DNA from: Phoronis australis
Taxonomy: Eukaryota; Animalia; Phoronida
Direction of reading: 5' to 3'
Length of the DNA: 64,000 bases
Assembly (NCBI GenBank): GCA_002633005.1
Contig: NMRA01000145.1
Coordinates: 461,898-525,897, forward strand
The notes under the pieces were generated by a model. That model was not told where the DNA came from. It made no database searches and saw only the letters and a list, made by a program, of their open reading frames with translations. Below are positions 1 through 12,929 of the stretch, in pieces (the stretch's first letter is position 1; each line of letters starts with the position of its first letter). A program made the translations under genes and the position numbers.

Positions 1-10
1 GTCTTGTCAG

Positions 11-3000
11 GAATTTCAAGGCAACGAGTACACCAAACAAGCGAGGCTCTTCCAAGAAGCACCATGGGTAAAACAAAGTGTTTTTTCGCAATTGTCTGTT
101 TATTGTACTTGCAATGACCATTTTATGCCAGTTTTAAGGTTCTTGTTGGTACTGAATGCTCGCTAGATCAAGTGACAATTTTTAAGTAGTTAAGTAATTT
201 GAAATTTGTTGAGTTTCATGTTTTTGTACCCAAACTGAATGATATGATCATAAACTCTATTAATTGGGTTTGTTTTCATTAAATGTTTTATTTTCCAGGG
301 GAAAGCATCAGTTCTTGGTGGCACCTTTTATAAATATAAGTCCTTGGTTTTCTTGGAGAGGCATTTTCAATGTTGATAACTGTTCCTTGGCGTGTATACA
401 CTCTCCCGGGAACAATAGAAAGTGATGTTATAACTTTTCAAAAGGCCTCCATCTTACTGATGCAGTCTCTTCCATTGAGCAATTACGAATGACCGACGCT
501 CAGTTCGTGTAGGATATTATGTATCCTTATCAGTGAATGTATCACCAAGATGCGACCTTTTTATCAGTTTAATTGAGTTTAATGCTAATGTCAAATATTG
601 TGTTATTCTGTTCCAGGTTTATGCGAAAAGCATCTACATTTATGAAGCAGACGTCACATGCACTAGAAGCGGGTAAAGTAGCACTTCTGATTTTCTTCAC
701 ATTTTCTCCTGAGCATTTGCTTTCTCGCAACAAGTTTTCAAATTTGTTCATAATTTCTCTACAAATTTGTGTTCATAATATGTGTACAAAATTTTGTATT
801 AGTTAATCTGTGGAATCTATGAAATTCAGTCTTGTTTCATATTATGTGTACATTCTGTCTTGTTCATGATCTTTAAAAAACAGTTTTCTTCAAACTGTCG
901 TTAATAATTTACTCATGACTTGCTTGGTGTCCATTTAAGGCAGTGTACGAAATAAACATTTACGATTGGTGACATTGTTGTAATGTCGTATGTCCATGAT
1001 TTTTATCAGGTGGACCACGTAAACATGCTTCATTAAGTATAGACTGGAGGGAGGAGGAGGAAGTAGAAAGCGACATCTACATCAACTGTGTGACGGCCAC
1101 GCTGAAGCTGGTCCAGAGTGAGGCTCAACTAATGACGCAGATCGTGCCAGACAAGTTCCAGCGAAAGCTGTTTGACCAACTTGTTCAACAGGCTTTGGAC
1201 AGTATTGTGGGAGAAGGAGAGGTAGGCTTTGTACAAGTTGACGCGTGCAATACCTAGTGAGACAATTTACTCGAATTGTGTCAATCTGGGCCGGTAATGC
1301 TGACCCAAATTTTCACAATTTTGATGTGGTATGAGTTTGTGTGGTTGTGTCAATTTGGCTCAGCACAAGGCATGTTCACTCTCTTGGGACGTTCACGTCG
1401 TGGATTAAGCTTAAAACTATTTACCATAACTAAACTTTTGTACCCATAACACTGTGCCTTTTGCCATACGAACTAAATTTTTTTCCTATTATGACCCTGG
1501 GTTCTGTTTCAGGAAAAGTGACTTAATACTGAAATTTGTTCTGGTGCTCCTTCTTCACAGTTGCCAAATAAAGGTTTAGGCAGTATAATTATAAGCCTGG
1601 AATTTATTTGTGCAAATTTTCTCAGTAATTAACAATTATGGGTATATTCTTAAATACGGTACTTTATTTTTTTGCTAACCTCAGTTTAAATTATTTTTCA
1701 AAAATAGTGATGTGGAGCATCATACCAAATTTCTGTCTTGAATCTTAAGTCGCTTTTTATGAAACAGACCCTTGGAGTATTTAATCCCATCACATTTCCA
1801 AAATTTGTTTGGACGGTTTAAAATGTATACCGCATAGTAGTATTTGCGATGACAGATTATAAGGTTATCGCAGGGTTTTGTGCAAAATTTTGCCATCAGC
1901 ACATTTTCCACTCAGAGGGTGTCACTTCCCATGTAACAGCATTGTTTTTCTCTGTTTTTTTCATACTAGCTATGCCTGCACCGTCTGTTTGTGACGGATA
2001 ATGTTCTCTTCTTTCTAGCAAATTTCATCAACGGCAAAAAAAGCGGTAGCCAAACACGAGTATGCCGCGGTGCTGTTATTGTTCCCAGTTGTCAGACATC
2101 TTCGTTCCATCAAGCCCGAATTTGACTTTGCACTGGAAGGATGTCAGACACCGACGCGTGCCAAGATAGCTTCTCTGATAGCCATTCTCGATAGCACGGT
2201 GAGCATTAGAATATGTAAAAATGTGCATCTTGTATTTGGAAGTGGAAGAGTGTATGATTGGTGTAGCAATACATTGCATGTATCATGTTGAAAGACCATG
2301 AATTGTTGCAACTTCTGATGCCATCACTGAATTCACCTTATTCACATCTTAACCCAAATTTTTATCTCAGTTCAATGGATTCAAAGTCACTGCACACAGA
2401 TGTGCTTTGGCTGCAATTGTCAAGAGGGCGTTGTTTCATGTACAAGGTTTTTGGTATCAAGGTCATATTTTTTAATATAACGGTAGATTATTTTTCTTAT
2501 ATTTGATCTTCTTTGATCTAGGGTGCCAAGGCGCTTGAAGATTTTATTGATGATGTCAAAAACGACCCCGACAAGGTCACAAACATGCCCAAGGATGGTA
2601 CTGTGCATGAAATTTCAACAAATGTAAGTCCTTCATAGTGTGTCTCAACAGATGTAAGTGGTTCTTAGTGAGTCTCAACAAATATAGTCTTTCATAATGT
2701 GTCTCAACAGATGTAAGTGCTTCTTAGTGAGTCTCAACAAATATAGTCCTCTGTACTGTGTCTCAACAAATGTAAGTGCTTCATAGTTTGTCTCAACAAA
2801 ATGTTCAGTAGTAAGTCACAACAAAATAGTCCTTCATAATGTGTCTCAATAAGTGCTTCTTAGTGTGTCTCTAGAAATATAATCCTTAAGTTTGTAGTGT
2901 GTCTCAACTAATGTAAGTGCTTCTTAGTGTGTCTCAAGAAGTATAGTCCTTCACACTGTGTCTCAACAAATGTATGTCCTTTATAGTATGTCTCAACAAG

Positions 3001-6000
3001 TGTATGTGTTTTGCAGTCATTCTCGACAAATGTAAATACTTCATAGTTATGAGGTAACTCATTCATTCCCTGTTACAATGACCCTTGCAGCCTGCAGCTG
3101 GTCACATAACTGGTGTTTTAGCTACATGCGGAAATACTAATGAAAACTAGTGGGTTAACCTGGGCAATGAAAACATGCATAGAGGAGACTGCATTTGTGA
3201 GCTTTATTAACAAGTACTACAGGCTATAGGTTATCAGACAGAATTCTCTTTCCTAGCTCTGACTGTGAATTCTGCTTATTCTCATCAGTCGTGATGGTTA
3301 AGTCCGTTTACAGTTGTCATGACATGGAATTGAAAGTCATTTTGTCTGACTATTTTTGTCATGTCCTTTACTTGATGAGACCCCATTTGACCACTTTTCA
3401 CTGTTCATCCTTGCTTGTAGACGGTGATATTCCTCCAGAACTTGCAGCAGTGTGTCGAGACTGCCGGAGCCATGCTTACAGCTGCACAAGGTAAGTGGTG
3501 CGCTTGCTGGTGGCTGTTACAATTAAGGAAGGGTCTCCAAGGTTGTCGTCAACACTTTGGTGATAACTTATCTTGGCCTTAAGATCAGTCAACATTCAAT
3601 TTTTAGTGGAGACATAATCTTCATTTCAATAGCCATTATCCAACATGGTGGTAGCGTAATGAAACACTTGTTGTCACTAGATGGCAGTACAGTAGTTGTT
3701 AGACACTGTTGTATGGTTTCAGAATGTACCTGAATGTAAGAAATTGCATTTTGTCGCTATGTACTCAGCCGGTCTGGTGCACTAGAACTAGAAACTGCAT
3801 CGAGTTAATAGGCACTTTTTGTTCTCCCATTGCTAAAGAGTTTTTCATTTTAATGTTTCCTATTGAAGCAATTTGGAATGGCTGGCCTATCCTGAAATAG
3901 TCTGAAACATCTTTTGATTCATAAATCCTTAGGAGGTTCTGTGTAGCAACAGAAATATAATCTATCAAGACAAGGAAGATTTTGAGAACAATTTTGTAGG
4001 GCTATATGCCTTCATGATTTGGATTTTTTGACAGTTAATGAGTGGGAATGGTGTTTTTAGTCTTTCACAGCCAGTGCGAGATGAGACTACTTTGCATGTC
4101 AAACAATCGCAGGTTCATGTGGGTGTTGGTTACATTCTTTACAACTGACGTGTCTCGTGTGACATTCTCGCAGATGCAGCACAGGAAAAGCCTCTTGCCT
4201 TGGGTGTAAGTGAGGTGGTGGCGTACTCACGAAAACTCGTGTCAGGATTTTATGGTGCGTCGACAGTTTTCTGGAGACGTTCTGACATAGAGAGCTGTGT
4301 TACACGTTGGTGTCCATTGCAGTGGTGCACCTCTCACGGTTGTTAGCAGACGGGGTCTTTTTGTTGCTTGCAGTAATCCCATTAGTAAAGCTGTGTGGGT
4401 CACATGTGTTTTGGTCATATTTGCACTTTTGTGTTGTGTGAAGAAGCTGAATTGTTTTGTTAGTGGGTAGATACACTTCAAAACTGGTGTCGCGCTACCT
4501 GAAAGGCAATCTTGCTGATGAGCAGATACTCGTTTCGACCTCAGTTTCATTCATGATCAAATTAATACACTCTGTGACTAATTTCACGTGGCTGATATTT
4601 TTATTCATATTTGAAGGCGGTGCATGCTGGAGCAGGCACTGATTTGTGACCGTGACTCTGGAGTCAATGAGCAGGCAAATGCACTTACCATTCTCATTTT
4701 CTCACAAATAAAATCCCCCCAGGATCACACACCCTGGATCCTCTTCAGAATCAGTCCACACAGTTTGTGTAATTTATGTAAATCATCTTTTAGTGCACAA
4801 TTCTTTTGATGCGTGTTCTTTCCAACAAAGTGATGATATTCCATTTCAGATCCCAGTGCCCTGACTCAAGACGCCAAAAAGTACGCTATGAAAGTGGCAG
4901 AATATATGAGTAAGTTAAGTTGTGTCCGACTGTAAAGGGACAATGCATGATTCATAAGTAGAATGCCTATGAATCTCTCGACTGTAAAGGGAGAGTGCAT
5001 GATTCATAGGTAGAATGCCTATGAATCTCTCGACTGTAAAGGGACAATGCATGATTCATAGGTAGAATGCCTATGAATCTCTCGACTGTAAAGGGACAAT
5101 GCATGATTCATAGGTAGAATGCCTATGAATCTCTCGACTGTAAAGGGACAGTGCATGATTCATAGGTAGAATGCCTATGAATCTCTCGACTGTAAAGGGA
5201 CAGTGCATGATTCATAGGTAGAATGCCTATGAATCTCTCGACTGTTACTTGGTTACTATTACACGGCCTCTGATTGGCTAAAATAAAAATGAATACAACA
5301 ACTTACTTTTACCCGGTAACATTGACGAAGCTGGTCTTGAAATAAAACCGTTCATTTCTGTCACCCTGACCACAAATGTCGCTATTTACAATCTGACCAA
5401 TCAGGCACTGCAGAAACTATAAACTCGGATTATAAATCAAGCACACTATACCAGTAATAGTTGTGTTTTTATTAAATGCACCTTAATAATAATAAATGTC
5501 ATCTTACTTATTTTATGTCACTTTTGCTTATGTGTCAGGAGGTTGAAAATTATTTCTTTTGCAGCTCGTGTGTTGTCAGCGCTGAGTCTCAACTTAACTA
5601 ACAAGGCGCAGTCATACAGTGACCCCACCCTCAACTCCGTCTTTATGATGAATAACTATAACTACATTATGAAGGCCTTGGACAGGTAATTGTTCTTTAC
5701 AGCGAAATCTTGGAGTTCCTTGGTGGATTTTCATGAAAGTTGGCAAGTATTTTTGTAATAGAGAGACGTCTATGCCAATTTTGGGCAGGTTTGACGTATT
5801 CCATGCCATCCAATGTCCATTTGTATGTTACCAAAACACCATTAATAGCACACCGTTTGCGTTTCAGTCATGGAAACAGTACAACGCTCCATGTTGCTCT
5901 TGTAAAAATTAAGTTTGTTTGGAAATGCAAGTTTTCTTTATGTACAAACCAGATTCAAATCTACTTTGTGATAAACAGACCTTCAGGCTTAATACAAGAC

Positions 6001-8539
6001 TAAGTCAACTAGCTTTTTATGTAGATTAGAAATCAAGGACGATAGAGTGCATGTTGGAACAGCTAGAGAGAAGAGTGGTTGCCAGACATGATGGGAAAAC
6101 TAGATTGTTTAGATTAGTTTAGGTCATACCGTTAGCACTCTTGAATGTCTTCTTTTGTCTTCGTCGTTATTCAGGGACGGTTTGTTGGATCTGATTCACC
6201 AGTGGAATCCGGATGTCAAAAAGTTTTACGAAGCTCAAATCATAGAACAGAAGAGGATGTACTCCCAGAGGTAACTATGCAGTTAAGATTTGAGATGGCT
6301 ATATTCCCTGAGGTAACGATGCGGTTAAGATTTGAGGTGGCTACTTCAGATTGTTTAACACTAGCTCATGTGGCAAAAACATGTTAGTGTTAAAAGTGTT
6401 TCTTCATTATATATTTAATATTCATCCATTTTGCTCGTCAATGAAATTCAAGGAAACATTTAATATACTATTTCCGCTTGATATTAGTTTAAAGAACTAG
6501 CCCATAAAATGAATTCTAGCAGAAATAATTAGGGCAATACCTATTCACAAAAAAGTTAAGTTTTGAATTTCTGGTGGTGCACCCTCAAAATGGCCACCAC
6601 AGTTGAATGCCAATGAACTTCAAGCTCTATGAAACTGTTAATAGAAAATATGAGCTGTAGATTGCAGAATGCCCCTACTCTGGTGATACCTTTCAATTGA
6701 TGAGACTCTTTCTATGTTCTCATCTATGTATCTAGTTTAAATATAAGTTAATAATCATAATTATAATAATAGCAATGCAGTAACAGTTAGTAAATAGTAA
6801 TATAACATTATAATAATGATCTAGTCATTATGTATAATGAATAATATTTTCCATGATGACACATTGTTCATAATTACAGCATCTATTATCTGACACATTG
6901 TTTTGTTAGACAGCTTATTTCAGCACTGTTATTGTTTTAACAATGTAGTTTACTGAATGGTTTCTACTTGTACAGTTTCAGTCGTGTAATGCACTATATC
7001 CTAGAAGTACACAAACCAATGTCACAACAGAAAACATCATCAGCAGAAACGATGAAGGTAAATAGTTTTAGATAATGAGCTCAAGTTGAGCTATGTTCTT
7101 TTCTTGCTATTGATGTTTTTATGGTTTGCAATGTCTGTAATACCCATCATCCAAGCCCCCTGTTGGCTGGAAAGGTAGACGTACATTCTCTGTTTTCATT
7201 GGTTGATTTCATTCAGGTTTGGATGACTTGTATCCCATAATCCATTGTGATGTGACATTATAAGTAGACTTTCCCTTGCTTTGCAAAATGTTCCCTCACA
7301 GTAGCATTGCTTTGCAGGATGATATTTTATGATCATTAATGGTCTTTCTTGTTTTCAAGGACACTTGTCAACCTACCTGTTTGGTATGAGGTTAACTGGT
7401 TATTTTCGCTTACTTTTCATTGATTTTGTTGTTTAGTTATTTTCACTATCTATTCAATATATAAGTCAATGAATGAAAATCTAATGTGCATTACTGCTAG
7501 AGTTTAGCGGTTAAACTAAAACTTGAAAATTGTTTTTTTCGATGACATTGCAGCTTAAAGACAAGGAAAGGCAAATAATTAAAGACAAGTTTGCCGTAAG
7601 TTTTTATAAGTTGACTTTTTATATCTGCAAGAAGTGGGTCACTGAAGGGAAAGGTGTGATTTCAACACCCTTGTACACACAAATGCTAAATCTCAGAGGA
7701 GGTGGGACGTGGAGGTAACTTGGGGATGCAGAAGTGATCACCACCGAGGGTGGATGAAAATGATGACGACTGGGTGGCTGAGTTTAACAAAGTTGAATAT
7801 GTACTCTGTGTCCCATATTTTTCCTTCCTACTGTTCTGCATAATAATACAGTAAACCATTCCTTTGTAAAAATCATTGTCCTAAACACCACTTGGGTTTA
7901 GTTCAATAGTTGTCATGTAGTTTCGATTTTAGAAGTGGTAAAATCTTGAGTAAGACAACCTTAATGGAATGTGTTTTTACCACACTGGCCCATAGGAAGG
8001 TGATGCAATCATGACAAGCCAAATCTGAAAAGTCAAAGAGTGGCTGTATTAAGATTTGTGGTCATCTTGACACTTGTTTCATAATGTGCGTGTGACTTTT
8101 TGAATTAGTACATTTGGTTGCTACACCAGGTTCTAGTATTGTTACATTTTGTCTAAATCTGAGACTCATTTGTCTCTGGGGTTAGTTTATTCCATGCACG
8201 ATCTATCAGGGTATTTAACAAGTTTGTTAATATGAAATATATCGAAGTGTATTCTAGAATCCACTAAGAATTCTCCCACATGATTTTATACTTCTTTTGC
8301 AGGGATTCAACAAGGAAATTGAGGACCTCTACCGTGTCCAGCGGGGCTATGCCATCCCCGACCCCGAACTGCAGAAATCTCTGATACTTGAAAATAAAGA
8401 TTATGTGATTACACGCTATCAGGTGTTTTTGGATAAATACCAACAGATGGCGTTCACAAAGAACATTACCAAATACATAAAGTATAAAGTGGCAGACTTG
8501 GAGCAACTGCTTGAGAAATTTTTTGATTCTGCATCGTAA
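11..8539 (+). CDS. EXOC7: Exocyst complex component 7 (Exo70), 5'-partial, spliced. Exons 11-67 (tentative), 1010-1221, 2019-2198, 2522-2623, 3421-3490, [4174-4254 or 4850-4909], 5565-5685, 6175-6270, 6976-7057, 7554-7595, 8303-8539
   Basis: GT-AG bounded exons with compatible phases. They translate to Exo70 hallmarks: DIYINCVTATLKLVQSEAQLM, GAKALEDFIDDVKNDPDK..MPKDGTVHE, FMMNNYNYIMKAL, LKDKERQIIKDKFAGFN, YAIPDPEL, FTKNITKYIKY..FFDSAS*. Confidence 0.95.
2614..3047. repeat. About 29-30 bp minisatellite (tctcaacaaatgtaagtgcttcatagtgtg) in an EXOC7 intron
   Basis: Roughly 14 degenerate tandem units that begin inside the 3' end of exon 2522-2623. Confidence 0.9.
4174..4254 (+). CDS. EXOC7: Candidate alternative EXOC7 exon (81 nt, phase 1-1): DAAQEKPLALGVSEVVAYSRKLVSGFY
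   Basis: cgcag acceptor and gtgcgt donor, open in the EXOC7 frame. Its end (YSRKLVSGFY) resembles the Exo70 helix preceding RVL..L.LNL. Confidence 0.55.
4927..5245. repeat. 52-bp minisatellite x6 with internal hairpin
   Basis: Units start at 4927, 4979, 5031, 5083, 5135 and 5187. Each contains the inverted pair gattcatagg...cctatgaatc. Confidence 0.95.
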
Positions 8540-8829
8540 ACAGGAAATGGAGAGATGAGCTGCCAATATGGTGGACAACTGTTTTTGTGCTCAATGGAGA
8601 GAAGAGGGTGTGCTTGGGAGGGCCACCATGATTGTGGTTTACTGACATAAATTATTTTATTGGAAACAGTATAATTACTTGCCATCTTTAAGAAGATTGA
8701 CAAGATTAATTTTCACAGTAAACGTGGTTTCTGCTAACATTGAGGTCTTGCTTTCCATCGACGTAGGAGATTAATCTACGTGCCCGTTTGGCCAGATGTA
8801 TTTGTAGCCGCTGATTGTAAATTTGGGCA

Positions 8830-9053
8830 GGTGCGTGTAATGAAAATGTTGTCACTACTGGCTGTAACAGTACAAGACATAGGGAGGTAGGGAGGTGCGT
8901 GTAATAAAAAGGTTGTCACTACTGGCTGTATTACAGTACAAGACAAAGGGATGCGCGTGTAATGAAAATGTCACTACTGGCTGTATTACAGTACAAGACA
9001 TAGGGAGGTGCGTGTAATAAAAATGTCACTACTGGCTGTATTACAGTATAGGA
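8830..9053. repeat. About 60-bp tandem repeat x4 downstream of the EXOC7 stop (probable 3' UTR)
   Basis: Repeated gtgcgtgtaatgaaaatg..tcactactggctgta..acagtacaagacatagggag. Confidence 0.85.
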
Positions 9054-12000
9054 CAAAAGTAATGGGAGTAAATACCATTTCCCTATCATGGTGGCTAATT
9101 CTGTTAGCAGCAAAAATTTCTGGTGAAGACTATTAGGGCAGTAAAACTGTAATTACGGAGTCACTTAGCCACCTTACTAACTTTCCTGCTGATTCCCCTT
9201 CATTTTTGGTCATAAGATTGAGTACTCTTGACTGTAAATTCGACTTTGGCCCAACCGTTACCATTAGGTACCATTGTCTTGCAGTGTAAAAATCAAGAAA
9301 TTTCCGCTATTACAATCTAATTTAGAATCATGCTGGATTAAACTTGTCCAGCACGCCTTTTGTGTTGGTACACAATACTATGGTTGAGCTGGTAAGACCT
9401 TGCAATCGCACAGAGGAATCAACAGGTGAAAGTTAAGTCTAATTTCCTTGAAAGTCAACCGGTTTTCTCCATTCGAAGTTTTTTTTTTGGTGAAAGTATT
9501 TCTTACATAACACATCTGCTTCACGACATTTGTTGAAAGTTGTTTGCAAATACTATTTTTAAATTTCGGTTGGCATCAGGCGCGCTGTTTTAAACAGAAC
9601 TGTTGGATTACATGAGCATCAGATGAAAGCAGACAATAAGAGAGCTGGATTGTGTAAACCGTGGTTTCCCACTGTCAAACTGATAACAATGTGGCTGTAT
9701 CCCGACTGGCGGATCAGTCAGTCGGATACTTGTTCCACACTGCGCGGGTGCCTAATGTTTTGGATGAATACTGCTGCCTTGTACTGTAAATATGTAATGT
9801 GTAAACCAACTCGGTGCAGTTTGTGTAGTCAGAAAATATTTGACCTTTGCTTAGACCTATAACAGCTGTCAACCTTGTCCTCTTAGATCAGTGAAAACTA
9901 CCATTGGCAGTCGTGGTAATAGAAAATGGGGATTTGTAATTTTGTGGGCCATGGGAGTTGCTGAAATTACATTGTGCAATAAAGAAAATACTGGTAATTG
10001 CTGGTTTTGTTCATTTTTCTCTGTCTGTTTACAGTTAAATATCCTGTACATTATAGAATTTAAAACAGTTCATGTGTTGCAGTACATGTGTCGAACTTTT
10101 TAAGGGGATTACAAAAACGTTATTTAGAATGCAGGTGACTTCTACTGTTTTCAAGTTGTCAACAGTGGGGAGGTTTGGTTGTGCGAATTGTGCATAGAGT
10201 TCATAGGGCATGTGGTACATTCAGAAGAGCAATAATTTCACTTGTAAATGTGTGATTGGAAATTAGGAGTTTGAGGGGTAAGTGATAACCACTGAGGGTA
10301 GCATGATAGGGGAAGAAATTGGTAAGTACACAATTCTAACCCATCGACTTCGCCAATCAGTTTCTGGGTATGCCCGTATTTTGTTCTCTGTTCCTGTATG
10401 TGAAGCTGTACCTACATGTATGTGTTGATTGGAAGGATCACGTGACCCTTTACAGTGTATGATATTATTTCCAAGCCAGGATTTGGTCTAGTGTCAGATT
10501 TAACGAGTGCTACGTAGTTTGGATCAATCAAGAGTATCGATAGATAATACATGCTGTGAGCATGCCCTTTACAACTGAGATTCCTTATCACAACCCCTTT
10601 TGTGTACATTCTTTCAGGGACTGCTTCTGTTGTGAGTTAGTGATGCGAAAATTAGGCGATATAAGTCATGCTAGAAACTACTTTCCCACGAATATCTCAA
10701 GGCTTGGGTTTTTATTAACAAAATCGCTATTTATACTTGATATATTTTGAAAATTCAATAATCCACGTAAGTCTTGATTCTACTCCTTTATTCAGATTTT
10801 ATGGTTTCCATCGGTTTTCGTGTCCCAAATAGAAAATCGAAAAAAAGACCGTGGATGCTTTCAAGCCTTGAATTTAGATAGGAAACAGTCATTATCCTGA
10901 TTACTATATGACCTTCCAGTGAATATAGATTCGCTCTCTTGATGACAGCGACAGTAAGGCTGGAATGTGGAGAAAACCAGTCCAGCTGACCATGTGACCT
11001 TGTCGGGAGAAATTCAAAAGATTTCTTCAAATTGATCCTTATATCGTTCGGTTTAAAAGGGTTTTACATCATGTAAAAGTAGACAATCGTTGAATTTGTG
11101 AAAGTGAAACCAAAACTGACTTGAAACTAGGCGTCTTCTCATAACTCGGCGATGAGGCATGACGTCTGAACTTATTCTCCCACAACAAAATGTGTGTAGT
11201 GGCATTACGTCTTCGTCTCCGTCAGGGGCAAGCGTCCCGGCGTCCAGGGTGGCGTCGAGCCTCCACCACCGTACATGACTCCAAAACCCCTGGATGGATG
11301 TTCGGTGAAATTTTGTAGAAAGGCATGCTTCCGACTATGAATGGGATGTACCTAGCCTATTCGACTACTTCTGTCCCCCTTAGTGACGACGCTAGCGTAC
11401 CGAGTGGCCTTGACGGATTGCCAAATAGATTTCTTAGTATTAAGCAGAAGAAAACTTCATATTTTATAACTGTTCTTTTCTGCGCTTAGTGTTTTTGGAG
11501 TCCTTTGTACTCTTACATTTGCCAAACCGATTCAAGGATGATAATGAAATATCACAGGCTCCATATGTTCCTGTTGAGATTGACCACAGTTGATTTTGAT
11601 TTTAGACCAGATCCCGCCACTGTTGCGTCCCTTAGTACCGTTTTGTAAATTTTCCTTTGGAAATTAAAGTTGGCCCCACCCCGTACGACATCTTAGATCC
11701 GCCAGTGTAACAAACTTATATCAATAGATTGGTTTGTAAGCTGGAAGATGCCATCGCCAGCCGGCATTCAAATGTTCTGAAGCGGGTTCACCCGGCTGAT
11801 CCGAGGGAGTGAATCAAGAGCAGGCCAGAGTAGTTGGCTAAAACCATTCAATAAAAATACCAAATAAATAGTATAACACTATGAACAGGAACACACACGC
11901 CTTACTTGTAAATCATGTATTTTCTTGAATTGCTTAAAAATTCAGCATGATGGTCTTATGCTTTAAGACCTTTCTCGAACATAATGTCGTGACAATAGAC

Positions 12001-12574
12001 ATCTTAATGCTGTGATGTCTACGGTCGTGACCTTGTCTAGATCGGAAGACGGTAGGCCTACGCACAGAGATGAGGTCTAGGCGTTATTTTAGGAGTTTAA
12101 TTTTGGGTCTTCGTCATGCAGTGGGTAAATTGATTTGCCACCATATTTTTAGCAAGCAGTTTGATTTTCTGAATATTTTTCGTTAAACAAACCCTTCCTT
12201 TCGAGTACAGGGTTGGGTGCTTTACATACCATAGCAGAAACGTACTCTGGCACTAAGTTGCAAGATCCGGTTGATCTCGCGTCAAATTCACGCTGAACAA
12301 TACTTCTTGTATTGAAATATAAAATGAACATGTTAAGAGGTTTTAAATGTCGGTTGTACAATATTTTTAATTACTGGTCAAACTTAGATAAAAAACTACA
12401 CCTGTGCACATAGGTGTGAAAAAATCACTTCATTCTTACGGTCTTACTGACACTTGCGACTCGATTCATCAGCCTTGTATCATCACTGCATGGTGACAAG
12501 GGTATGAACCATATATTCCATGTTTCAAGCTTAGGTTTTTACTGCTTGTAATAGGTTATTTTCGTGAACGCTTT

Positions 12575-12929
12575 CACGCGCGTTTACCTCTAAGTGGGAA
12601 ACTGTCAATCTTTCTTTCAATTTCTTTTAGAATTTGTCGGTCCCATCAACTTCAACTGCTCTACATGGTTTTAATACAGGCGGAATGTTCTTACATCCAG
12701 GCAACCTAACAGGGATTATGGTGCTGTCTTCTCCTCTTTCGCTCCTATCGGCAATAATTGACGTAAGAGTACGGAAAGCCACCGACGTGCCTGTGAAGAA
12801 GTCATCACTGCAGAAAACTAGTACATATTGACACGATTTGTCGAGGATAGTCCATGATTCGACAGTGTTCTCTCCACACAACAGATCTCGATCAAGAAAG
12901 AAGCACCGTACTTGCAACTGCTTCTCCAA
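12575..12929 (-). pseudogene. Out-of-frame TIR domain of copy 1
   Basis: LEKQLQVRCFFLDRDLLCG..VLVFCSDDFF..TIIPVRLPGCKNIP aligns to the copy 2 TIR. A second lesion (1-bp deletion giving TAA at 12627-12629) lies before the EI.RK.DSF tail. Confidence 0.85.

Noticed and set aside
299-360. Possible extra EXOC7 exon after the ttttccag acceptor
   Set aside because: In the required phase it hits TAA after about 11 codons, and there is no clear donor.
4927-5245. CRISPR-like array of palindromic repeats
   Set aside because: Units are contiguous with no unique spacers, there are no cas genes, and the context is a eukaryotic intron.
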